From a bacterium (GTDB taxonomy: Bacteria > UBA8248): DNA of 64,000 bases. Position numbers and translations under genes: made by a program. Under the pieces are notes generated by a model that saw only the letters and a program-made list of their open reading frames with translations, was not told the DNA's origin and made no database searches. Shown piece after piece: positions 1-9,993 of this stretch (within the stretch, counting starts at the first letter, position 1; every line of letters starts with the position of its first letter). The stretch spans positions 3,008,001-3,072,000 of the forward strand of contig OY843592.1 of assembly GCA_963692865.2 (NCBI GenBank), written 5' to 3'.

Positions 1-365
1 GGCAGATGCAGGGGGATAATCTGCTCGTCAAAGCCCACGGGAACCTCGGCGTTTCGGTAATGGAGCTTGCCGATCGAGGTGGTTCTCACGCCGGCTTCCT
101 GAAGGCGATGACCCCAACTCGGCGGCTCTCCCTCGTAGGGGTGAGCATTGTCCCAGGCGCTGATTTCATGCACATACTTGCCCGTGGCGAAACTCGCGCG
201 GGCCGGCACGCAGATGGGGCAGTTCGTATAGGCGCTCTCAAACCGCGTGCCTGCCGCAGCGAGCGCGTCGATGTTCGGCGTCTTGACGAGCGGGTGGCCA
301 TAGCAGCCCATCATTTTTTGCGTGTGCTCATCGTCCATCAAGAGCAAGAAATTCATCGGTTCCAT
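1..365 (-). CDS. Sulfatase (choline-sulfatase-like), 5' part; runs off the window start
   Basis: Manual minus-strand translation from ATG at 365: MEPMNFLLLMDDEHTQKMMGCYGHPLVKTPNIDALAAAGTRFESAYTNCPICVPARASFATG. Has the CxPxR formylglycine motif and a later GKLH; GGGAG RBS upstream. Not in the ORF track because it is truncated. Confidence 0.9.
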   Translation of the reverse strand, partial: MEPMNFLLLMDDEHTQKMMGCYGHPLVKTPNIDALAAAGTRFESAYTNCPICVPARASFATGKYVHEISAWDNAHPYEGEPPSWGHRLQEAGVRTTSIGKLHYRNAEVPVGFDEQIIPLHL

Positions 366-677
366 ACGCGCGACTCCCTGAATCGATTGATAGTAAAACT
401 TTCATGAATTCAAAAAATCATATCCCCAAAAACACCGAAATGGGAAATACCTCCTCTCTCTCGAATCACGGCGAAGCACTCTGCCCTGCTCTTGAGAATC
501 GACATTCGCACGAACGCGAGACGCGCGCTTGCCGTTTGCCTCGGTTGCCAATTCTTTTCATATCCTTCATTATAAGGGATCAGTTCGCCCGGACCCCCAA
601 AAAGGAGCCGGTCGGGGAACGAAATGAAAAAATATGCCTCCTCGTATATGGCGAGAGGCTTTAACAGGTTGATTACA

Positions 678-3500
678 ATGAATTTAGACTACGCACGGGA
701 CGTCTTTCCCTTCGTCCAGAAACCATCGCGTTATCTGGGCAACGAGGTCAATTCGATCCGCAAGGATCTGACCTGTGTGAGAAACCGCGTCGCCCTCGCC
801 TTCCCGGATACCTACGAAGTCGGCATGTCGCACAACGGCATCCGCATACTCTATCACCTCCTGAACGAGATTGAAGACGTGGCTGCCGAGCGGGTTTTTC
901 TCCCGTGGGATGACTTCGAAATCATCCTGAGAAGCAAAAACGCGCTCCTGAGCACGCTGGAGAGCCGGACGCCCGTCCGGGAATTCCATATTCTGGGTAT
1001 ATCGCTCCTATACGAACTGGCCGCCAGCAACATCGTCTTGCTGCTCGATTTGGCCGGCATCCCCAGACGCGCCACACAAAGACGGAGAGAAGACCCGCTC
1101 GTCATCGCGGGCGGCCCCGTGACGTTCAACGTGGAACCGATGGCGCCTTTCTTCGACGCCGTCGCCCTCGGAGACGGAGAGGAACTTTTCCCCGAAGTCA
1201 TCAAGGTCCACGAAAGGTGGCGAGAAACGAAAGCGCCGAGAGAAACGCTGCTCGAGATGCTGGAGGAGATCGACGGAGTCTACATCCCGAGTCGCTACGT
1301 GGTCGAGCACGAGCCGAGCGGCGAGGTGAAAAGTTTCCGGCACGTCAGCGGCCATCAAGAACCCGTTTTGGCTCGGGTTTTGGAGGATTTGAACGACTCG
1401 CCCCACCCCACGCAGCCCGTCATCCCCTACACCCAGGTGGTGCACGACCGGGTGACGCTCGAGGTGCAGCGCGGCTGCACGAGGGGTTGCCGTTTCTGTC
1501 ATGCGGGGATGGTCTATCGCCCCGTTCGGGATCGGGACCCGCACAAGGTACTCGAACTCGCCGAGGAATCCCTCAAGAACACGGGTTATGAGGAAATCAG
1601 CCTTTCATCGCTTTGTATCGCCGATTATCAACCCCTCAAGGGCCTGGTGCCCCGCATGATGGAGCGTCTCGCCCCCATGCAGACCTCCATATCCCTGCCT
1701 TCGCTGCGCGTCGGAGCGATGAGTCCGGATCTCCTGGCCCAGATTGCGCGCGTGCGCCGCACGGGCTTCACCCTGGTGCCCGAGGCGGGCAGCGAGCGAC
1801 TGCGCAACGTCATCAACAAGGTGCTGACCGAGGCGGATCTCAAGCGAAACCTTCAGGACATCCTCGATACCGGTTGGCCGGGCGTGAAATTCTACTTCAT
1901 GCTCGGTCTTCCCACCGAGAACTTCGACGATTTACAGGAAATGGCGGACATGCTGATGTCCTGCATGAGAATGCGCTCGCGCGAAACGGGCGAGCCGTTC
2001 CGCTTCATCAACGTGAGCCTTTCCACTTTCGTGCCGAAACCCCATACGCCGTTCCAGTGGTTTCCCCAGAATACGAAAGAGGAAATCAAGGCAAAACTCG
2101 ATTTTATCAAGCGAGCCGTACCTGACCGCAGAATCAAGCTGCACTGGTCGAATCCAGAGCACAGCTTCCTGGAAGCAGTCATCTCGAAAGGCGACCGTCG
2201 CCAGGCCGACATCATTGAGACGGCGGTCGACATGGGATGCAAATTCGACGGCTGGATGGAATTTTTCGATTACGAGAAGTGGATGGCCGCCTTCAAGGAA
2301 CATGACCTTGACCCGGAATGGTACGCCTACCGCGAAATACACGAAGATGCGCCCCTGCCCTGGGACCATCTCGACTGCGGGGTGACCAAGGAATACCAAC
2401 TCGCCGACTGGAAACGTTCCCTTCGCGAGGTCACCATCGGCGATTGCCGCTACGAGGCGTGCGGCCAGTGCGGCATTCTGGATAAATACAAGGGCATCAA
2501 ATACCACTACGAAAAGCCGATGCCGCTTGAGGGATCCTCTCTTCCGGTTATAAGCGGACCGGCGCAGACGGGCGATGCCCTCCGGGCAATGGATTTGCCA
2601 CCCGGACAAGACGTCCCTCCCGCTGAGCCGGTGGAGCTCGCAATCGCCAAGGCCCGGCCTGAACCGCACCGCCCCAGACAAAGGAGGCGCAAGAGCGTCG
2701 CTCGGGAATCCGGCCCCGTTCCGGTGGGCTTCGAGGGCGCACACGAGGACAATCCCGGCCTCGGCGAGGAACAGCCCGACGCACCGGTTCGCAAATTCAG
2801 GTTCACCTATGAAAAATCTGGCGACTTACGTTTTCTAAGTCACCTGGAGATTCTGAGAACTTTCATCCGCGCCATTCAGCGCGCGGGTTATCGCCTCGAA
2901 CATTCCAGGGGCTTCAACCCGCATCCGAAAATCGTTTTCTCCCATGCGCTGCCCGTGGGCGTGGAAAGCCGCGTGGAGATAGTGGATTTCTCGCTTTTGG
3001 AAGTCAACGAACGAATCGGATTGCGCGATTTGTTCCAGAACCTGAAGCGAGAACTCCCGCGAGGCCTCAGACCCCGCTCGGGATGGCGCATCGAGGGGAA
3101 AGCGCCTTCATCCGCCAATGCGCTAAGAGCCGCGACCTATGAAATCTCCTTGTCCCGAAAAGATCTGGACTCGCTCGAAGCGCCGGATTCACGGGTCAGA
3201 GCCACCATTGGAGAGTTCATGAATGAGGAGCACATTGAAATAACCCGCGAACACAAGGGAAAGATAAAACATTTCGACGCTCGGCCATCCATCACGCGAT
3301 TTTCGCTCGAATCATCGACGAATGCCGCCATCCGCCTGCACCTCACGCTGCGCTACGGAGACGGCGTAAAACCGAAGGTAACCGAAATACTCGCCAGATG
3401 TTTCGGGTTATCTCCCGAGGCGTGCCTTAGAACCCGGATTCGGAAAATATCCGTCCACTGGAGAGCGGGAGCATCCCGCGCGATAGAACATGCCGTCTGA
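678..3500 (+). CDS. B12-binding radical SAM protein (TIGR03960-like) fused to a C-terminal TIGR03936/DUF2344-like domain
   Basis: KPSRYLGNEVN, AFPDTYEVGMSH, CTRGCRFC cluster motif; C-terminal RFLSHLE...GFNPHPK..ALPVGVES. Lies upstream of rng. Start at 678 or 624. Confidence 0.88.
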   Translation: MNLDYARDVFPFVQKPSRYLGNEVNSIRKDLTCVRNRVALAFPDTYEVGMSHNGIRILYHLLNEIEDVAAERVFLPWDDFEIILRSKNALLSTLESRTPVREFHILGISLLYELAASNIVLLLDLAGIPRRATQRRREDPLVIAGGPVTFNVEPMAPFFDAVALGDGEELFPEVIKVHERWRETKAPRETLLEMLEEIDGVYIPSRYVVEHEPSGEVKSFRHVSGHQEPVLARVLEDLNDSPHPTQPVIPYTQVVHDRVTLEVQRGCTRGCRFCHAGMVYRPVRDRDPHKVLELAEESLKNTGYEEISLSSLCIADYQPLKGLVPRMMERLAPMQTSISLPSLRVGAMSPDLLAQIARVRRTGFTLVPEAGSERLRNVINKVLTEADLKRNLQDILDTGWPGVKFYFMLGLPTENFDDLQEMADMLMSCMRMRSRETGEPFRFINVSLSTFVPKPHTPFQWFPQNTKEEIKAKLDFIKRAVPDRRIKLHWSNPEHSFLEAVISKGDRRQADIIETAVDMGCKFDGWMEFFDYEKWMAAFKEHDLDPEWYAYREIHEDAPLPWDHLDCGVTKEYQLADWKRSLREVTIGDCRYEACGQCGILDKYKGIKYHYEKPMPLEGSSLPVISGPAQTGDALRAMDLPPGQDVPPAEPVELAIAKARPEPHRPRQRRRKSVARESGPVPVGFEGAHEDNPGLGEEQPDAPVRKFRFTYEKSGDLRFLSHLEILRTFIRAIQRAGYRLEHSRGFNPHPKIVFSHALPVGVESRVEIVDFSLLEVNERIGLRDLFQNLKRELPRGLRPRSGWRIEGKAPSSANALRAATYEISLSRKDLDSLEAPDSRVRATIGEFMNEEHIEITREHKGKIKHFDARPSITRFSLESSTNAAIRLHLTLRYGDGVKPKVTEILARCFGLSPEACLRTRIRKISVHWRAGASRAIEHAV

Positions 3501-5097
3501 AATCGTCGTCAACGCCGAACCGTTCGAGACGCGCGTCGCTCTGCTCGAAAACGGAGTCGCGGCCGAGCTTTATATCGAACGCGAAAGCGGCAAAAGCATC
3601 GTCGGCAACATCTATAAGGGAAAAGTAACGAAAGTGCTGCCGGGAATGCAGGCGGCGTTCGTGGACATCGGACTGGAAAAGGCGGGCTTTCTCTACGTGA
3701 GCGACGTGGACACCATCGAGTCCATCGAGAATTACAGGAAACTCGCTGCCGAACAGGCGGACGACGACGATGACCTCGATTTCGATGGCAACGATTTCAG
3801 TAACGGGGACGAACACGAGGGCGTCAAGGAAGAACAGCAAAACGGTTCGCATCGAAACCTCATCGGGAGACGTTCGCGCCGTTGGGAGGAAGAACGCCAC
3901 ATCGAAGACCTGCTCAAAGACGGTCAGGACGTCATCGTCCAGGTCAGCAAAGAACCCTTGGGTACGAAAGGCTCCCGGCTGACGAGCTACATCACCCTGC
4001 CCGGCCGATACGTGGTCTACATGCCGACGATCAAACAAATCGGCATCAGCAGGCGGATCGAGAACGAAGAAGAAAGGAAAAGACTCAAAAAACTCGTCCG
4101 CAAGAACCGCCAACCAGGAGCCGGGTACATCGTGCGTACGGCGAGTGAAACCATGCCGGCGCAGGACATTCAGGCAAACGTGAACTTCCTGCACGCGCTT
4201 TGGGACGATATTCTGATCAAAAACGAATCGGCTTCCGCGCCATCGCGGATTCATTCGAATTTGAACATCATCGAGCGGACTGTAAGGGATTTGTTCAATT
4301 CCAGCGTCGACAAGATGATCATCGACGACAAGGAACAATATCTGAAGACCAGAAGATTCCTGCAAAGCTACTACCCGCATCTGGTTCCCAAACTCCACCA
4401 TTACGACGGAGATGAGCCGATATTCGACCATTTCGGCGTTGAACTCGAACTCGAGCGCGCGCTCGGGCAACGCGTGTGGCTCAGGAACGGCGGCTACATC
4501 GTGATTGATCAGACCGAGGCGCTTACGACGATCGACGTCAACACCGGACGATTCGTGGGCAAGAAGAGCCCGGAGGAGACAATTCTCGAAACAAATCTGG
4601 AAGCGGTGCGAGAAATCGTAGCCCAATTGCGTCTGCGCAACCTGGGCGGAATCATCATCGTCGATTTCATCGACATGGAGAAAGAGGAAAACAAGGAAAA
4701 AGTATTCAATACCTTCAAGGAGGAACTCAGAAAAGACCGTTCGCGCACCAACATCTTGAAGATAAGCGAGTTGGGGCTCGTCGAGATGACCCGGAAGCGC
4801 GTTCGCGACAGCATCCAGAGAACGCTCTGCACCTCATGTCCCTATTGCGAAGGACGCGGACAGGTGAAATCCGCAGTCTCTGTGAGTTATGAAGCCATGC
4901 GAGAGGTGCGCCGCATGAGGAGAGCGCACAAGGATGCCGCAAAATTCCTCATCAACATCCACCCCGAGGTCGTGGACATCCTCCTCGACGAGGAAAGAAG
5001 GCACGTGGAAGAACTTGAAAGCCTCCTTAACATACAGCTCGTCATCAAGGGCGATGCCGAACTGCATCGCGAAGGTTTCGAAGTCGTCCGGCTGTAA
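3490..5097 (+). CDS. rng: Ribonuclease G (Rne/Rng family)
   Basis: GNIYKGKVTKVLPGMQAAFVDIG S1 domain, IDVNTG, GGIIIVDFIDM, CPYC. Confidence 0.95.
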   Translation: MPSEIVVNAEPFETRVALLENGVAAELYIERESGKSIVGNIYKGKVTKVLPGMQAAFVDIGLEKAGFLYVSDVDTIESIENYRKLAAEQADDDDDLDFDGNDFSNGDEHEGVKEEQQNGSHRNLIGRRSRRWEEERHIEDLLKDGQDVIVQVSKEPLGTKGSRLTSYITLPGRYVVYMPTIKQIGISRRIENEEERKRLKKLVRKNRQPGAGYIVRTASETMPAQDIQANVNFLHALWDDILIKNESASAPSRIHSNLNIIERTVRDLFNSSVDKMIIDDKEQYLKTRRFLQSYYPHLVPKLHHYDGDEPIFDHFGVELELERALGQRVWLRNGGYIVIDQTEALTTIDVNTGRFVGKKSPEETILETNLEAVREIVAQLRLRNLGGIIIVDFIDMEKEENKEKVFNTFKEELRKDRSRTNILKISELGLVEMTRKRVRDSIQRTLCTSCPYCEGRGQVKSAVSVSYEAMREVRRMRRAHKDAAKFLINIHPEVVDILLDEERRHVEELESLLNIQLVIKGDAELHREGFEVVRL

Positions 5098-5940
5098 ATG
5101 AGGGTCTGGCGGTTTTTCGTGATTTTGCCGCCTCCGAGGACAGACGATATGTGGCGGAGTGTATGCGCATCGGCGTGCGCTATGTTGGTAGCAGGGTGCG
5201 CCAATTTTGCACAACTGAACCCGGAAACCACCCCTTCGCAAGCGTCCCGAAGTGCTTCTGACATCAAGGCGCTTACAAATGAATTGTCCTCGGCCAGGGA
5301 GCGAAACACGCGGCTCGCGGCTCAAATGTCCGAATCCGCCAGAAAAATCGAGGCGCTGACCCAAAGTGTTCGCGACTTAAAAAAGAAAAACAGCACCCTG
5401 GAAGCCACTGTGGAAAGATTGAGACGGGAAAACATCATCGCAAAGAGCTTCCCTGTTCCCTCGCCATCCCGAAAGCCGATGAAAGCGCCAAAACCATCCC
5501 CCGGAATGCGAGCCGCAACGTCGAAAAAACCCGGACGAGCGTCAATCACTCCGCAAACTCTCTACAACAAGTCATATCGCGCCGTCAGGGACGGGAAAAA
5601 CAAGGAAGCCATTCGCGGGTTTCGCCGTTTCTTGCACCTGTTTCCCAAAAGTCAGTTGGCGGCTCACTCCCAATATTGGCTCGGGGAGGCCTACTACGCC
5701 CTCAACCGATATCCCGAGGCTCTGGATGAGTTTCTCAACCTCATTGCAAGATACCCCAAGAGCCGGAAAATTCCCGACGCCTATTACAAACGAGGGCTTA
5801 TCTATATCCGGCGCGCACTTTCCCTCAACGCCACGCTCGAATTTGAAAACTTGCTGGAAAAATTTCCCGCACATCCTCTAGCCGAAAAAGCGAGGGTTCA
5901 ACTCCAAAATCTCAGACACTACACCCCCAGAAAACCTTGA
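5098..5940 (+). CDS. cpoB: Tol-Pal-associated TPR lipoprotein, CpoB/YbgF-like
   Basis: Lipobox-like LVAGC, coiled coil, C-terminal TPRs (FPKSQLAAHSQYWLGEAYY; YPKSRKIPDAYYK). True start may be downstream (~5149). Confidence 0.75.
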   Translation: MRVWRFFVILPPPRTDDMWRSVCASACAMLVAGCANFAQLNPETTPSQASRSASDIKALTNELSSARERNTRLAAQMSESARKIEALTQSVRDLKKKNSTLEATVERLRRENIIAKSFPVPSPSRKPMKAPKPSPGMRAATSKKPGRASITPQTLYNKSYRAVRDGKNKEAIRGFRRFLHLFPKSQLAAHSQYWLGEAYYALNRYPEALDEFLNLIARYPKSRKIPDAYYKRGLIYIRRALSLNATLEFENLLEKFPAHPLAEKARVQLQNLRHYTPRKP

Positions 5941-5988
5941 TGGGAATAAATGAACCACTCTCCCCTCGCCCCTGAACTTTTCTATCTC

Positions 5989-6019
5989 TTGACACGAGAT
6001 ACGGACTCCGTGTTATGGG
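5989..6019 (+). promoter_or_regulatory. Possible sigma70 promoter for the dprA operon
   Basis: Perfect TTGACA at 5989-5994; the -10 region (TGTTATGG) is weak. Confidence 0.3.
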
Positions 6020-6049
6020 TTCAGGAGTGATTTACGCCGGAGATCGTGA

Positions 6050-7237
6050 ATGAAAACCTCAAACCCCACGGTGCGCTTCGAGAACCGAGACTCTCTGAGC
6101 GAAGCCGATGTATGGCTCGTCTTACAAACCCTCCCGGGCATGACGCCGGAGCGCCTGAGCCGGCTGACCGAAGCGTTTGAACGCCCGAGGGAAGCCTTCG
6201 AAGCGCCCGCCGACGTATTCGCGCGCCTTTGCGGCCGAAAAGCGCGTGAAGTTCTCGACAAGGATTCTCCGCTCGATTTGGCCGCAAGGATCCGTCAGGA
6301 GGCGTCGAAACTGGGCGTAGGGATCATCACACGCGATTCGACCCAATACCCCGAGACCCTGCGCGAGATTTACGCCCCGCCGGGCGCATTCTTCACGGAA
6401 GGGGAAATCCTGCCCGCAGACCGCCTCGCCGTCGCCATCGTCGGCATGCGGCGCCCGACGGACTATGGGAGGCGGGTGGCGAGACAACTAGCGTCCGATC
6501 TAGCCAGCAAAGGTGTCACCATCGTCAGCGGCATGGCTTACGGCATCGATGCGGAAGCCCACAAGGCCGCGCTCAATGCGGGAGGCAGAACCATCGCCGT
6601 CCTAGGGTGTGGTCTGACCCAGAACTATCCGGCCGAGCATAAGGAACTCAGGGAGGAGATCGCCGTCCACGGAGCCGTGATATCTGAATTTCACCTTCGC
6701 GCTCATCCGAGAAAAGAGAATTTTCCCAGGAGAAACCGCCTCATCAGCGGCTTGTCCCTGGCGACGGTTGTCGTTGAGGCCGCGCAGCGAAGCGGCGCGC
6801 TCCTCACCGCCCGGCTGGCGCTCGAGCAAGGACGCGAGGTGATGGCCGTTCCGGGGCCCGTTCATACCCAGAAAAGCGCTGGCTGCCACCACCTGCTCAA
6901 AGAGGGGGCGCATCTGGTGGAAAACGCGGGCGACATTGTCGCCGCCCTTCCAGAATACACCCGAAATATGCTAGATAATCCAGCGCAGATTCGAGTCAAG
7001 GGGTTGGGGCCTGAAAAAAGCGACGTTCAAGCAGTCCCGAAAGCGACGCCGCACCCGAATCTCACGGAGGATGAAAACGCGCTTTTGCGTTTGCTGGAGA
7101 ATGGGGACAACACCATAGAGGGATTGACCCAGAAACGGGGCCTGCCGGCGCAGGAAGTTTCATCCGCCCTTTTGCGCCTGGAATTGGAAGGACTCGTGAG
7201 ACAAACGACCTCGGGAATATATGAGCGGATTGTATGA
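6050..7237 (+). CDS. dprA: DNA-protecting protein DprA
   Basis: VAIVGMR, VSGMAYGID, FPRRNRLISGLS, VVEAAQRSGAL, C-terminal winged helix. Confidence 0.95.
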   Translation: MKTSNPTVRFENRDSLSEADVWLVLQTLPGMTPERLSRLTEAFERPREAFEAPADVFARLCGRKAREVLDKDSPLDLAARIRQEASKLGVGIITRDSTQYPETLREIYAPPGAFFTEGEILPADRLAVAIVGMRRPTDYGRRVARQLASDLASKGVTIVSGMAYGIDAEAHKAALNAGGRTIAVLGCGLTQNYPAEHKELREEIAVHGAVISEFHLRAHPRKENFPRRNRLISGLSLATVVVEAAQRSGALLTARLALEQGREVMAVPGPVHTQKSAGCHHLLKEGAHLVENAGDIVAALPEYTRNMLDNPAQIRVKGLGPEKSDVQAVPKATPHPNLTEDENALLRLLENGDNTIEGLTQKRGLPAQEVSSALLRLELEGLVRQTTSGIYERIV

Positions 7238-7431
7238 CGGAGCGCACGGCTTGCTGGCCGATAGGGAATTTTAGATTTGCGCTGTGAATTTCCCCCGAAA
7301 GAAGCATCGGATTCGATGAACCGGCTCCGCAAGGCGCAAACGAGCGCAAATCGAGGAACGATAGCCGCCCGCCAGGAAAATTCATCCGAAGACAGCGCCC
7401 CGAACAACAACCGGCGGGCATGAGAAAGTAA

Positions 7432-9993
7432 ATGACCGACAAAAAAACCTCGAACAAAGCGGCCTCGAAGCGACCCTCCGCCCGGAGAAATACCCGGAAA
7501 AGCGCTTCTCGAACCCCGCAAGACGGCAAATCCGCCCCTAAGCTCCTCATCGTGGAATCGCCGACGAAAGTGCGCACCATCCAGAAATTCCTGGATTCGG
7601 ATTTCGATATCCTCGCATCGCTAGGCCACGTGCGGGATTTGCGAAAAACGGGTGAGCGAAAAATGGGAATCGACGTCCACAACGACTTCAAGGCCGATTA
7701 CGGCGTCATTCAGGGAAAAGCGAAGACCATCGACCAGTTGCGCAAGGCCGCCAGGGCGGCGAAAGAAATTTATCTGGCCCCGGATCCGGACCGCGAGGGC
7801 GAGGCCATCGCCTGGCATATCCAGGAACTCCTTGGGGGTTCTGACGCCGAAAGCGAATTTTATCGGGTGACGTTCAACGAGATTACCAAACGCGCAGTGC
7901 AGGAGGCGCTCCTGAAACCCGGTCGAATCGACCAGAGAAAAGTGGACGCGCAGGAGACCCGCAGAAAGCTGGACAGAATCGTTGGCTTCAAGCTCTCCGG
8001 CGAAATACTATGGAACAAGGTCGCCTTCGGCTTGAGCGCAGGCCGGGTGCAGTCGGTCGCTCTGAAACTAATTTGCGAGCGCGAAGACGCGATAGAGGCC
8101 TTCGACCCGAAAGAATACTGGAGCATCACGGCGCATCTCGAAAAAAGAGGTTTCGAGCCCCCCTTCGAAGCCAAGCTCCACCGAATCGACGGAAAAGATG
8201 CGGAAATACCGGACGAAACCAGGGCGATGGCGCTCGCAGAGAGAATAGCCGCCGGCGCTTTAAGGGTTTCCGGAGTCGAGAAAAAAGAGCGTCGGCGCAG
8301 GCCGCCCGCTCCTTTCATCACCAGCACACTGCAACAGGAAAGCTCCGGCAAACTGCGCTACGGCGCGAAGAAAACCATGCGCATCGCCCAGTCGTTGTAC
8401 GAGGGGGTGAACCTGGGGCGCGAAGCGGGCAACATCGGCCTCATCACCTACATGAGAACGGATTCCGTGCGCTCCGCGCCGGAGGCCGTCGCCGCGGCGC
8501 GCGCCTATATCGAGGCGAAATACGGACAAGACCACCTCCCCGCAAAACCCAACGTCTTCAAGACGAGAGAGACGGCCCAGGATGCGCACGAGGCGATTCG
8601 GCCCACCGACATCGGGCTCACGCCCGACAAGGTGCGCGCCTACCTGAAACCGGAGCAACTCTCGCTCTACCGCCTTATTTGGAGGCGCTTCCTCGCAAGC
8701 CAGATGGCGCCGGCCGTCTACGACCAGACGAGTGTGGACATCACTCCCGACCGACAGGCGCCAAGCGGCGCAGAGGATGAGGAGCTTCTTCTGCGTGCGA
8801 GCGGCTCGGTCCTCAAGTTCAGGGGTTTCTTGAGGGTATACCAGGACGACTCCAAACCGGGGAGCGAGGCGGAAGCCCCGAATGCCGGGACGTCCAACTC
8901 CGGGCAGGACAGGCTCCTGCCTCCTCTTGAGAGTGGAGACCCTCTATCGCTCATAAAATCCGAATCCGCGCCCACCGGCGTCGCCGCCGATCAGCACTTC
9001 ACCCAGCCTCCGCCGCGCTACACGGAAGCCTCCCTGGTGAAGGAACTCGAAGAAGACGGCGTGGGCCGTCCGAGCACCTACGCGAGCATTCTGGACACCC
9101 TGGAGAAACGCAAATACGTCACCATTGAGAGAAGGCGCAGGCAGTTCACGCCCTCCTCGCTCGGTCGGGAGGTGAACCGCCTTCTCATCCAGGGTTTTCC
9201 CGATCAAATCGACGTGGGCTTTACGGCGAAGATGGAAAAATATCTCGACGACATCGAGAACGGGACGACGCCGTGGCTGCCCGTGATGAGAGATTTCTAC
9301 GACAACTTCGACAGGAAAATTCAGATAGCCAAAAAGGAATTGCCGAATATCAAGACCAAGGGAGAGCCCATCGGCAGAAACTGCCCCGAATGCGAGCGCG
9401 AGTTGGTGAAAAAATTCAGCAAGAACGGCTGGTTCATCTCCTGCTCGGGATATCCGGACTGCCGTTATTCGGAGGACATCTCCACTGAAAGCGAAGCCGA
9501 GCCGGAAGCGGCGGAAGAGTTGGCCCGCATCGAGGAAGTCGCCCAGCCTTGCGAGGAATGCGGCGCGCCGATGCAGGCGAAACGAGGACCTTATGGAATA
9601 TATCTCTCCTGCACGGTGTTTCCCGATGCGCACAAGAAAAGAAAGGCGTTCGGCAACGGACAGTCTCCTGCCGCTCCCAAATCGACCGGCGTGCCCTGTC
9701 CCACAGAAGGTTGCAGCGGAGAATTGGTAGAGCGGCGCTCCCGCCGCACCGGGAAGCCCTTTTACGGGTGCAGCCGCTTCCCGGCGTGCAAGACGGTCTC
9801 CTGGGATTGGCCCGTGGCGCAGCCCTGCCCTTCCTGCGGCAACCCCGTTCTCACCATCAAGACGACCAAAAAGAACGGGAGTCAGCTTGTTTGTCCGCAA
9901 AAAGAATGCGGACATGCGGTAGAATGTCCTCCTGAGTTCATCGAACGGATGGAAGCCTCGAAAACCACTCCCGCCCGGGAGGCTTCGGCTTGA
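7432..9993 (+). CDS. topA: DNA topoisomerase I
   Basis: LLIVESPTK, DPDREGEAI, SAGRVQS, ITYMRTD, C-terminal zinc ribbons. Confidence 0.97.
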   Translation: MTDKKTSNKAASKRPSARRNTRKSASRTPQDGKSAPKLLIVESPTKVRTIQKFLDSDFDILASLGHVRDLRKTGERKMGIDVHNDFKADYGVIQGKAKTIDQLRKAARAAKEIYLAPDPDREGEAIAWHIQELLGGSDAESEFYRVTFNEITKRAVQEALLKPGRIDQRKVDAQETRRKLDRIVGFKLSGEILWNKVAFGLSAGRVQSVALKLICEREDAIEAFDPKEYWSITAHLEKRGFEPPFEAKLHRIDGKDAEIPDETRAMALAERIAAGALRVSGVEKKERRRRPPAPFITSTLQQESSGKLRYGAKKTMRIAQSLYEGVNLGREAGNIGLITYMRTDSVRSAPEAVAAARAYIEAKYGQDHLPAKPNVFKTRETAQDAHEAIRPTDIGLTPDKVRAYLKPEQLSLYRLIWRRFLASQMAPAVYDQTSVDITPDRQAPSGAEDEELLLRASGSVLKFRGFLRVYQDDSKPGSEAEAPNAGTSNSGQDRLLPPLESGDPLSLIKSESAPTGVAADQHFTQPPPRYTEASLVKELEEDGVGRPSTYASILDTLEKRKYVTIERRRRQFTPSSLGREVNRLLIQGFPDQIDVGFTAKMEKYLDDIENGTTPWLPVMRDFYDNFDRKIQIAKKELPNIKTKGEPIGRNCPECERELVKKFSKNGWFISCSGYPDCRYSEDISTESEAEPEAAEELARIEEVAQPCEECGAPMQAKRGPYGIYLSCTVFPDAHKKRKAFGNGQSPAAPKSTGVPCPTEGCSGELVERRSRRTGKPFYGCSRFPACKTVSWDWPVAQPCPSCGNPVLTIKTTKKNGSQLVCPQKECGHAVECPPEFIERMEASKTTPAREASA